A DNA stretch of 64,000 bases, taken from the human T2T-CHM13v2.0 reference genome, Homo sapiens. The stretch is taken from assembly GCF_009914755.1 (NCBI RefSeq), contig NC_060937.1, one strand, 5' to 3'. Position numbers and translations under genes: made by a program. Below are positions 27,104 to 38,856 of this stretch, piece after piece (the stretch's first letter is position 1; each line of letters begins with the position of its first letter). The notes below the pieces were generated by a model, which was given only the letters and a program-made list of their open reading frames with translations, did not search any database and was not told where the DNA came from.

Positions 27104-29569
27104 TCTCAGAAGGTTTCTTTTATCCTTGAATGGGCAGAGATTTCTTTGGTTGCTCTCTTTGGTAGTTCGGTTTCCTTTTTTTGTCTTGTTTTGAAGGGTT
27201 AAATGAAGCTATCATAATTTACTTATCTAAAATTGCACTTATCTAAAAATGCATAAATTCATTGCAAGGCCTACTTGTTACAGCGTGACCATAAATGAGT
27301 TTATTCATTCATGTGAATTTTCTTGGTAACTTATTATTAATGATCCTAGCGTGTAACAGATGATGAATATGCCGTATCCTGAGAAGGTAGATCACAAATC
27401 CTCCTGGGAAGCTGGACATGGGTGCTCATTAGCCAAGAGAAGAAAATAGGGGCGTCCTTTGCCCAGCTTCCTCAGCCTGGTAACTGTTTCTGGCTTCTGC
27501 TCCAGGCTGTTCGCTGAGAGGTTTGTTGAAGTTACCTGCACTTCTCTACGCAAATCTACAGGCATTCTGATGGCGTAGGTAACATGTGGTTGTGTTGGAT
27601 GTTTATTCAGAGTGTTAACTAACTGGTTTTTGTTAATTTACAGCTGGCTTAAAATAAGATAAAATGTACATACATTTTTTAAAAGATCTCTTTCATGTGA
27701 ATAATTTGTTCAGAAGAAAGGAGTCGGGATATTCTTTTGTAGTATTTTCCCAAAATTAGATTATCAGAACTTTCTGAATTCAAAGAAACCGGCAGTGCCG
27801 TCTGAATGATAAGATTTTGGAATAAAGAACTATAGAAATTTTAAAACACTCTAATTAATCTGACAGATGTAGAGGACTAATGTGGATGAAAAGAAATGTA
27901 AATGCAAAGCTTAGAAAATAAATGGAATTGTCAATTGGGGTGAAGTTTGGGTTCGTCTTCAGAAGGACTCCTATAATCCTGAAAATGAAAAATATTAGGG
28001 GGCTATCAAAAGGTCTGTGTTTGGCATGTGCATAGCAAGGTCTCTGATCTTTGAGAAGATGGCAACATGGAATGGCTCCAGCTTTGTGGAGTGGACTCGA
28101 TAGGGTCATGTTTGGAGATGCAATGTCCCTTATCCATGTCCTGCAGGTCTTAGTCTTGGGGGTTCATCAGCCAAGCCATAAACATGGGTTGGCCAGTTCT
28201 CAGCCAGTTGTTTTCTGAAGCCCCTGGGAATTCTGAGATCATATTTTCTGATGTCCCGGCTCCTTTTTGTCAGATCCCAGGATCCCCAGCAGCCAGATGC
28301 CAGTCAAGGTGAGCCACCTTTTCAGAGTTACTGCTTCAGGGAGGGAGTCACGCTAGGGATTCCTGGGTGGGCTAGTGGTATTTTGTCCCAGCTTTCAGGA
28401 GTGTATTTTATGACGATGGCTTGTAAAAGGATATGGGCATACAGATCCAGAGACCAAAGTTCAAGTCTCAGCTTTATTAGGTGAAGCCTTATTCTCTCTC
28501 TGCCTCCATTTCTCAGTCTGAAAAATGAGGTTAGTAGTAGTTATAGTTTTCCAGGCTCTGATTCTAACAAAAGTCAAATATGGTAACAGGGAAAATACTT
28601 TGCTGTCTACAAATGTAAGAGGTTATTAAATTTTCAATACGTGGAATATATATGCAAGTCATGAGACTATAGTAAACCCTTAACTAAATTGAGATGTCAC
28701 CAAACAACTATTCATGGGAACACTTAATTAGTAACAATGCTTCTCAATACCTGCTACATATTCTTATCATCTGGGAGCATCTTTAAAAAACTACCCAGTC
28801 ACTATCAGACTAATTGGGTTCATTATCCTGGCTGAGGTTGGGGTCAGGGTATGGGTATCTTCTAAACTGCCTAGGTGTCTCTGCTGCGCAGCCAGGTCCC
28901 TCACTGGAATGCATCAAGTACTGCCTACAAAACTTCAGTTACAATCTCAAGGCCAGAAGACACCCTAAAAGTCTAGTCTTAGAAGAATGTTATTTTTATG
29001 ATTGATATCTGTGCACATAAATAACAATGGTTTTAGAGCTCAAAAAGCTGGGGTGCAGATACAGATATTGGGAATACTTTCTTTGTACCTTGAGGTACAT
29101 GTCTATAGACAGTCATGCGCTCTCTTTTTGACTCTGAAACTTACCTATAAGGTTTCTGAGGGGAATTGCAATCCTTCAACACCCAAAAGGTATAAAATGA
29201 GAGCAGCATTACCTCTTGGGTCTCTAGCTAGAGTTTTAATTCATCCTGGGTCATGAAGCCTTTTGTTCTTTTTTTTTTTTTTTTTTTTTTTAAAGCAGAC
29301 ATTGAAAGTGCATCTGAGAGGTGCTGCTGGTTACTGAATTTTCCTGAAACAAAATGGGTCCGTAGCAACTCTGACCTAGAAGTTTCTGATTAAATGGGAA
29401 AGAAAAGTTCATAGTTCATTCCCGGGTAGAAGAGGACAAACTTTCCCTGTCCGTTGCATTGGTGGCTTGAGTCTGCTGCTTCTTTGGCCTGGATATCAAG
29501 CTCCCAGAAAATCTCCAGTCTGTGCCTCTGTGAATCTTTGAGGATGTGAAAGGGATTGTCATTCTCAGA

Positions 29570-29740
29570 TGAGGCCCCAGGCCAGCAACACCAGCTCACT
29601 GGTGCTGAATGCAAATTCTCAGGCCCCACCCCAAATCTACTGGATCAGAAACTCTGGGGCTGGTCCCAGCAGCCTGTTTTAACACGCCCTCCAGGAGGTG
29701 GTGGTGCAATGCATACATGCTCAAGTTTGAGGACCACTGA
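29570..29740. mobile_element. MER5A-like fragment
   Basis: aatgcaaattctcaggccccacccc...tcagaaactctgggg...aagtttgaggaccactg. Confidence 0.65.
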
Positions 29741-29760
29741 GCTAGGACAAAGGCACTTTT

Positions 29761-30076
29761 CTTGTTTTTCTTTTTCTTTCTTTTATTTTCTTTTTTTTAG
29801 ACGGGGTCTTGCTCTGTCACCTAGGCTGGAGTGCAGTGGCACGTCACAGCTCACTTCAGCCTCTACCTCCTGGGCTCAAGCAATCCTCCTGCCTCAGCCT
29901 CCTGAAGAGCACAGGTGGATGTCGCCACACCCAGCTAATTTTAAAAAATTAATTTTTATAGAGATGAGGTCTCCTTATGTTGCCCAAGCTGGTCTCAAAC
30001 TCCTAGGCTCAAGTGATCCTCCCACCTTGACCTCTTAAAGTACTAGGATTACAAGCATGAGCCATCATGCCTGGCC
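29761..30076 (-). mobile_element. Alu (AluJ-like)
   Basis: Antisense dimer. Confidence 0.88.
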
Positions 30077-31233
30077 TGGCTTTCTTGATTATAAGTGTGT
30101 TTGTATAGAAAATCACAAAACAGGCATTTGTAGGTATATGCTAGACTTAGTTCTGCTTCCTTCTCCCCTTCCCCATCTCTCCTCTGATGGAAAGGCAGAT
30201 CAGAGCTAGAGGGAAAATGAGGGGTAGCGTTCAATCTCAGAATTACTCTGTCACCAAGGTTCCTCTTCCAATCTTTTAAGAGCCAGTAATCAAGTAAAGA
30301 TATACTGTGTATATATAACCATATAAAGATATACACAATGTTTAGAGATACGCTGCATATCCAGCTTTGCTGGCACCAAAGTGAAGAAGAGATGAACAGA
30401 GGAAGGTCTATTCCCTAAGGCCACCCATCCACCTGCCTGACAAGAACTGGGAAATAAGAAACTGCTATCAAGGCATGTCCCTGTTACATGTCAGACCCCT
30501 CCACACACTCCCACACTTCCGCAGCACTTGGCACCTGCTGCAGCAAGAAAAATGCCCAAAAGCCAACTAAACAAGCAGTAGCATTTGAAGGATAAGGGGC
30601 CCAATGGCTGGGAAACTGCTGATGTGAGAAAGACCGCACAGTTACACTCACATTTGCAGCAGGTAGTAGAGCGCCATGAGCAGCTTAATAATGAAATTTT
30701 CCTATAGCCTTAAGGGAGAAAATAAAAACCTGCAGAAAGAAAGAAAGAAAAAGATGCACTGTGTTATCTATAAGTCTGTTGTGAAGGCAGGGGAGACAAA
30801 ACTAGGAAATTCCAGAAATTAGGCACCATTGAGAACCCGGAGGTCTTGAGGAAATCTTGGAAGACTGGAGGTTGACATGAGTGGGGAAGAAAACGAGGCC
30901 TGGGAAGGGCCACTCAACCCAAAAGGGGCTACCATGTGCCTAAATACCCGCCCTGCACACGGCACTCCCAGAGCTGTGCAGTGTAGTGCCCCGGGTCTAG
31001 GCAACAGCAGAAAGTGGCTTTGAGTGAGTCCTAGGGTTTCTTTCTAAGAGTCAGCCGCACTGTGACTAGAACTTCAGAACAGGTCAGTGAAGACAGCTGT
31101 GCTATCTCCTCCAACGGTCATTAAAAACAACGTAGATTCTTATCTCTCTCTCAGAAGTTTGGAAGCAGAAAGAAGAATAAATGTTATCTCCAGAATCCTT
31201 CCAGCTAATAACAGTTGAAATTATGTTATTGCC

Positions 31234-31323
<90 letters not shown>

Positions 31324-31328
31324 GTCTA
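31234..31328. repeat. Compound tetranucleotide STR [TCTA]11 TCA [TCTA]10 TCTG TCTA
   Basis: Counted directly from the sequence. Confidence 0.95.
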
Positions 31329-31490
31329 TCTCAAAGCCCTCCTCTCTAGACACTTAAAGAACTTAAGCTGCATGGCCTATCTTTCAAACACCGTGGGGAG
31401 AATGGTTAGCATGAATAGTTATTCCAGTAACAGGGGAAATTAGGAATCTCTCCAGAGTGGTTTTTTTTCAGTATCCTTATAATAGATATC

Positions 31491-31785
31491 TCTTTTGTTT
31501 TTTGTTTTTGTTTTTGTTTTGAGATGGAGTCTAACTCTGTCACCCAGGCTGGATTACAGTGGTGCGATCTCAGCTCACTACAACCTCCCCCGCAACCTCC
31601 CGGTTCAAGCGATTCGCCTGCCTCAGCCTCTTGAGTAGCTGGGATTATAGGTACCCACAACCACACCTGGCTAATTTTTGTATTTTTAGTAGATACGGGG
31701 TTCCACTGTGTTGGCCCAGCTGATCTTGAACTCCTGACCTCAAGTGATCCGCCCATGCCAGCCTCCCAAAGTGCTGGGATGATGG
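31491..31785 (-). mobile_element. Alu (AluS-like)
   Basis: Antisense dimer with (TTTTTG)n tail. Confidence 0.9.
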
Positions 31786-32689
31786 GTATATAATAGACAT
31801 CTAAATTTACCAGGCACTCTGCTAAGTGCCTACACACATTATCTCCTTTAGTCTTCACAAGCACCCTGTGATGGGGTGCTGTTAATATCCTCCGTTTATG
31901 CAGGAACTTGAACCAAGGTGAAAGCCTGAGCTTTCATCCCCTCCACCTTACTCTTGCCCTAAGATGTGACATTTTAGTGTCAGCTAATGTCTGGATACAG
32001 GTGGGCATGTGGTTACCTATTTCATCCTTTATTCTCAGGGTTCAAATTGAGATATGCAATTACCTATACTCTTTATGTTTTTTCTTTTTTCTGGCTTGTG
32101 CTTCTAATCCTCTATTTGTGGCCATATTTTAAGTTAATTGTTGGTACTCTAAAGGCTCTTAGACTTCCATATAGTGCTTTAAGTACACTGTAACTTTAAA
32201 GTAAAAAATTAACCACTGGGAGCTAAGCATCGTTCTCTTTCCTGTGGGCTGAGCTTTAGTATTATAACAGAAATTCACTAATGAAATAGACATGAAAAGA
32301 GCCTTCCAGAAGATTTAAGAGGGTCATATATTCTGTGTAGTTGTTATTTTCCTAGTTAACTTCATCTCCATTTGTGTACCTGCTACAGATTTTTAATTAT
32401 GTTCAATTACGCCATGGTTTATAATCTACATCGTCTTTTACTTCCTCTTACCGTCCAAAGTATTTTGTTTGAAGTTGGGTATGATCTCAAACACATCAAC
32501 ACCAATTCTTTTGGGGGAACTTCCATTGATAGCCACCTAATACATATAGGAATTTCACTGCCAATGTTACTATGGCACCTTTGGAAGGAAAAGAGGGTTA
32601 ATTTGTTGCATATGTAACAGCCCTGAATTCTTATTGCTTTACAGAAAGAATGATTTTATAAATAAAATTATTTTTCCTTTTTATTTCAG

Positions 32690-32735
32690 GAATTACAACA
32701 TATCGTTGGATCACAGCACATCAGAGCAGAGAAAG
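32690..32735 (+). CDS. TNFSF11: RANKL coding exon 3 (aa 130-144)
   Basis: Acceptor tttttatttcag|GAATTACAA; [15 protein letters not shown]; donor AAG|GTAAGC; 46 nt. Confidence 0.97.
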
Positions 32736-32820
32736 GTAAGCATGGATCCATACATCTGTATGAAATCCCACAGGGTCACTACTATTTTGGCTATAATAAT
32801 ATGGTTTCTCTCATCTCCAG

Positions 32821-32919
32821 CGATGGTGGATGGCTCATGGTTAGATCTGGCCAAGAGGAGCAAGCTTGAAGCTCAGCCTTTTGCTCATCTCACTATTAAT
32901 GCCACCGACATCCCATCTG
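32821..32919 (+). CDS. TNFSF11: RANKL coding exon 4 (aa 145-177), start of the TNF homology domain
   Basis: Acceptor ctctcatctccag|CGATG; [33 protein letters not shown] (contains an NAT sequon); donor CTG|GTAAGC; 99 nt, phase 1-1. Confidence 0.97.
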
Positions 32920-34569
32920 GTAAGCTCTATCTGCATCCAGCCTGAAAAATATTTTAAGAGTCATTTATCAGCCCATTTCAATACTGAAACCTATTTTTAG
33001 TCTGTCACTGAATTTTTGAGAGCCCTTACTTCAAAGCCAAAGGAAAGACCATTCATCCTCAGGTGATGATTCACATCCTGGAAACTGTGATTCTCAAAAA
33101 TGTCAGAATGGACATCATCACCCTATTCATTTTCAGATCATCAGAATGGATGCTTATTTTAAATGACTGCCAGCTGAAAGCCTGTAACCTGGAAGGACAA
33201 TCCTTTGTTATGCTCATCTGTACTTTCCCAAGCTAAAGTTGACACAGCCCTGCTGCTGACCTCGGAGGTGAATGAATTCATCAGGTAGTCACATACTCAG
33301 CTATCTCCTGCAGAGGTCCAGGGAGGACACTTTAGACCCCCGTTAAGATCTTTAAGAGACAGTAACCCTCTAGAAAATGAGATCTCCTCCCCCTTCTCCA
33401 AGGGCTTATCATTTTCTCTGAGTAAATGCTTAGCTTGATGGACTAGAGACCTGATTATCTTGAAAATGAAGAAACCCGGAGCTCTCTGCCTACAGCTACT
33501 GTAATACACCAGTTATTCCATCATACAACCCCCACTGGTTACTTCACCATGGGCTAGATAGCTATCAAAAAGATAACAGAACTTTATGATACAGTGACAA
33601 TTGAACATTCTTGTTATCATCATGCCACTAATGGAACACTTGAAGATCTTAAAGGGGGATCTTCAGGTGTCCTCCCTGGCACTCTACTGGAGATGGCTGA
33701 GTCTGTGACTACCCGATGAACTCTTCCACCTGTCAATCAGGTGTTTTCCCCTTCCTCAATACCTCTCATCCTTACTGCAATCCTGCAAGGTAGGGATTAT
33801 CACGCAAATTTTGCAGACAGGGAAACTGAATGATACATAGGTTGTCATTTGTTCCCAGTCATGATGATGATAGGATTAGAAGTAGAATTCCCGTCCCGTT
33901 GATTGCTAAGTCCGTGCTTTCCATGCTCTCTATTATCACATAAGCAGGCCACAAGGTACTTGTGGTCAGTTGGCTTGGCCAGAGGGAAAGAATTCAAAGC
34001 CCTTATGTTTCTCTTTTCCTGTGAGAAGTAGATTCATGTGACGTCTAATAACAGGGGTGCTAAAATCTGACTGCCTGGGTTTGAGGCTCCATTGTCCTGG
34101 CTCTGTGACCTTGTACAATTTATTGCAATCACATATGCTTCAGCTTCATCATGTCTAAAATGGGGATGTTGATAGCATCTGCCTCAAGGGGTAGCTATGA
34201 AGATGAAATGAGGTAGACTGCTAACATTCTTGTGTGGAAGAACGGCCATAGTAAGCACTTGGGAGTGTGATTTGTTATTTTTGAGTTCAATTAAATAATT
34301 ATACATATTCCACCTTTTTCCTACAAATAATTTAAGGCAAGTTTTTCTCGGAGTTAAAGAAAGAAAGTTCAAGTTTTGCTAAGTTATTTGGAAAACTTTG
34401 TTACGGCATGGACAAGGGGGAATTTTTCCTGACCGAAGACACAGAAAGGGAGAAACCAATTCTTTGGCTTTTAGAGGATTTTCCAAATGACCTCTCCTGT
34501 CCCAGACACTTGCTTCATAAATAATTTGTCTCACTGTGTGTCTATGCATGTCTTGTGGTGGAGCTACAC

Positions 34570-34707
34570 TAATTTTCTCTGAGTGGAAAACTGTTTTGCA
34601 TGTTAGCAAAGGCAATCAAATAAATATGGATGCATCTGTATTAATTTCTCTGAGTGGAAAACTATTTTGCATGTTAGCAAAGGCAGTCAAATTAATACTA
34701 ATGCATC
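34570..34707. repeat. Tandem duplication, ~2 x 71 bp
   Basis: tttctctgagtggaaaact(g/a)ttttgcatgttagcaaaggca(a/g)tcaaat recurs at a 71-bp offset. Confidence 0.92.
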
Positions 34708-36706
34708 AGCTGTGTGTGCTATTAATGTTCCCTACATTTATCTTTTCAGTTCACTTTAAATGGCATATGATAAATATTGCATTAGACCGTTTGCCAAAGT
34801 CTGTTTGGCAATAGCAAGCATGTTTTAGTTATAAAACTCTCTCTGCAGGCACCTAGCATCAAATCATTGCCAAAAACACAAGGCAAAACTCCTGGTTATT
34901 TTCTGACAGTTATTGAGTTTGTGACTGAGTGAGATGAGTTAGTGTATACTTCTGTTTAAGAAAATAGAATTTGTGGCTCTGGCTGGGCCCACAACTCCTT
35001 GAGTCCATTTATTACCCAGTTTTGGCCAGTACTGGAGGTTTCAGAGGAAGTGGCTTTAAATTTGCATGTTCATTTTGGGGCTCTGTTTTATACTTACTTA
35101 CACAAGTAAAATCAGAATCTGCCTTATATGGACTGATACCACTTGCATTTTCAAAATATCTTAGATGAAATGCGTTGGGAAGTATTTAGTGAGGTCAGAA
35201 TACATGGCTTTCTTTAGGAGGATACTCAGGCTAAATATTTGCAGAGACCTCTTCTGCGGTACTTAGCAGCAGGGACTGAAGTGTAGGGCAGGGGAGGCTG
35301 GGAAAGCTGGCAGGCTGGAGTCAGGGGTTGTCAGTGTGCCTCAGTGATGAAAATCCAGGTTTCCATGTGAGGCCTGCTGTGTGATCACTGCATATTTTTC
35401 TCATGTTTTTACCTGGTATTATCTGCTTCTGAGTCCTCTCTTCACACTGACTGGCTCTCCTCCTTTTCCCCCATACGTGCCATGCATATTCCATTCTTTG
35501 CTCAGTTTCCTTCACTGACAATACCCTCCCTTTTCTCAGCCCATCCAAGTCTGACCCAAGGCCCCACTGTCCTCTGGCTTCTCTGCCCCTTCCTGAGCTG
35601 AGCTCTCCTGCTTGCCATGAATTTCTGTAGCTGTCTCTTGGCAGTTGCTTGTAACTGAATGTCAACCATGTGCTATGCAACATGCAGAAGTGAAAATGCA
35701 TATTTTATATGCTCATTTTCTATTTTCTCTACTATTAGTGGTGAGTGCCATTAAGGCACAGTTGGTTGATGTAATTCTTAATTACGGGCAGACTGCCTGT
35801 TCCTAAAAACACCACGTAGATATTGTGTGACTGATCAAAAGCATGAACCAGTGAATGTATGAGTAAGTCAATGCACAAAAATAGAGAGATGTTTAGTAGG
35901 AAATAAGGGCACTTCTTCCACATGACTTACCTAACAATGGGAATGGTAATCGGTCAAGGTTCCTCTCTTCTCCTGCCTCTCTATTTCATATTCTTTCCTT
36001 GCCTTCCTAGGCCATATCTTGCTCTAACGCCAGCTGATCCATCCCATTGAGAGGGTAGACTTCTCTTCTGTTAAGAGATAACTATAAGAAAAATCATTGA
36101 TTGAACAACAAATTGACTGCAAGAGTGGGATAAGAATGAAGGCAGCATGGGATAACTTGAGATGGGAAACATCTTGAATTTCATGGATTTTGTCAATGGA
36201 TTAGAGGAATTGCTTTTACTAGTGTTCATGAAGGTGTGATGATCATGCTCACTCACTTGGGGCCAGATGATGGTATTTATATCTGGGGTGCTTTAATCTG
36301 GGATGACCTGAAATAAGACCTCCGATGAAAAAGAAGGGTGTTTATTGTGGTGAGCCCAGGAGGCAAGAGGGCCTGTGATGACCCTGCTGCAGATAGGTTG
36401 TGGAGTTCAGGAAATATCCTGTTTCTGGACAGAGGGATTGGAACCATTGAATTCTTGGTCTTCTCATGATGGATTGCCCCACCGTTGGATGGCCCTTGCT
36501 GCAGTTTTTCTCCCAAGTGGTTGAAAGAACTGCCTGTTTGGTTCCTACAGCCTAGTTTTGAGGCTCCCAGATCATATCCCAGGCTCCCAGTTCTTTAGAG
36601 ATAAAATTGTAGAACATTCTCTATCTTGTGGGCCTCTAGAGAAGGATGTAGATGTTCAAGGCCCACCAAACCAGACTAGGCTGGGAAGGTAACTAGTGTG
36701 TGTTTC

Positions 36707-37020
36707 CTTTTTTTTGTTTGTTTTGTTTGTTTGTTTTTTGAGACAGAGTCTTGCTCTGTCTCCCAGGCTGGAGTGCCGTAGCGCGATCTTGGCTCACTGC
36801 AACCTCCACCTCCTGGATTCAAGTAATTCTCCTGCCTCAGTCTCCTGAGTAGCTGGGATTACGGGCGCCTGCCACCGCGCCCAGCTAATTTTTTGTATTT
36901 TTAGTAGAGATGGGGTTTCACCATGTTGACCAGGCTGGTCTCGAACTCCCGACCTCATGATCCACCCACCTCAGCCTCCCAAAGTGCTGGGATTACAGGC
37001 GTGAGCCACCGTGCCCAGCC
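36707..37020 (-). mobile_element. Alu (AluS-like)
   Basis: Antisense dimer; flanking tgtgtttc duplication. Confidence 0.92.
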
Positions 37021-38434
37021 ATGTGTTTCTTTCTCGATGAGGCTCTCATAAGGATTCACTCTAATCAGAGAGCTGTCAGTTTTGATGGATCTCTGGAATC
37101 CACTATAAGTCTTCATCTCTGGGCTAATTTATCTCCCTCAGCATCTCAGGGCCTGACCTAAGTTGTGGTTGGGTGTGACAGGCAGCAGTGAACTTCTTGT
37201 GGCTGCAGGAACTCTCTCAACTCCAGTCTGAGACTCAACTCTGCTTTGTTTTGCTGATTTCAAACTGCTGACCACCTTAGTTTAGTATAAGTATTTACAA
37301 AATCCTCTGGAAGAAAAATGTATTTTTGTACTTTCCACAGTATTACAACTTTCCCACCATTAGTTACCAGCTTTTCCAGTTGAACAATAGTGTCCACATC
37401 AATACAAATCTTTGATTAATTGGGTTTATCACAGAGGTATTGCCAATTTTTAATGACCCAGGAAAATACACCAAAGGACCTGAAATATGAAAAGGATTGG
37501 ACACACTGCTGGTTTAGAAGGTTCTTTAGAAATTTTTACTGCTCTGAAGCTGTAGCAAGAGGACCAGGTGTCACCTCATTTCAGGGGTGAGTAGGGCTAA
37601 ATGAGAATTCTGGTCAGTCAGGAGAAGCTTTACAGACCTTTGGTCAGAAGGATTGTGTGAAGTTGTTAAGCTAGGGAGTGCAATGCTAAGAATATGTTCT
37701 TTTTGAGCTTCTCTGGAGTTAGCTTTTCAGTTGTGCAAGCTAAGGTGGGAGACACTTGGGCTACTGGAGGTGAAGAAAATAGATTATGAGAATTGAGTTT
37801 AGACGTCTGACCTTTCAGCCAAAGTTACTGTGACCCAGTTTTTCATCTCCTACTTTCCCTCTTCATGAGTTAAAAGAGAAGGTTGAGACTTGTGACATGT
37901 GGAAATTGTCTTCCTATCCTAGTTTCTTGCTTTCCTGTCTCAGTTGCCTTTGGCTTATCTCTTCCTTCAACCTGGAATGACCTTTCTGCTCCTGTCTGTG
38001 TGGCTGAATCCCATTTCTCTTAAGTTCTCAGGCTTAGCAGCAACTCCACAAAGGCATTCTTTACCCTTCTGGGTGGAAAGTTGTTCTTGTCTCTCCGTCC
38101 TTTGAGCTCCCATGGGAGTTACTGAACCTTGCCTATTGTTACTCATGCCTTACTTCTGCTCTGAACACATATCGTACTTACCCCTGGTGCACTATAGACG
38201 CCTTGAGGGCAGGAAAAATGAGTTTTTGTCTTCGTAGCCTCTACTGTGCCTAACAGAATGCACCAAGTACATCTGAATGTATTCTCCCCTTCTAGAAAAG
38301 AAATGCCAATAAGTTATTCTCCCTTTGAAATAATGACTGCTATACTATTTTTTCTCCCTAACCTCATAGAATTGTGAAGACGTCCTTCTCATTTAAGGAC
38401 TGACTTTCAAATCTTATGCCTCTCTTCTCCACAG

Positions 38435-38856
38435 GTTCCCATAAAGTGAGTCTGTCCTCTTGGTACCATGATCGGGGTTGGGCCAAGATCTCCAACATGA
38501 CTTTTAGCAATGGAAAACTAATAGTTAATCAGGATGGCTTTTATTACCTGTATGCCAACATTTGCTTTCGACATCATGAAACTTCAGGAGACCTAGCTAC
38601 AGAGTATCTTCAACTAATGGTGTACGTCACTAAAACCAGCATCAAAATCCCAAGTTCTCATACCCTGATGAAAGGAGGAAGCACCAAGTATTGGTCAGGG
38701 AATTCTGAATTCCATTTTTATTCCATAAACGTTGGTGGATTTTTTAAGTTACGGTCTGGAGAGGAAATCAGCATCGAGGTCTCCAACCCCTCCTTACTGG
38801 ATCCGGATCAGGATGCAACATACTTTGGGGCTTTTAAAGTTCGAGATATAGATTGA
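38435..38856 (+). CDS. TNFSF11: RANKL coding exon 5 (aa 178-317 + stop), TNF homology domain
   Basis: Acceptor tctcttctccacag|GTTCC; [45 protein letters not shown]...[16 protein letters not shown]; contains the TNF-family L-x-V-x-x-x-G-x-Y-x-x-Y pattern and FGAF end; 422 nt brings the total to 954 nt. Confidence 0.98.
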
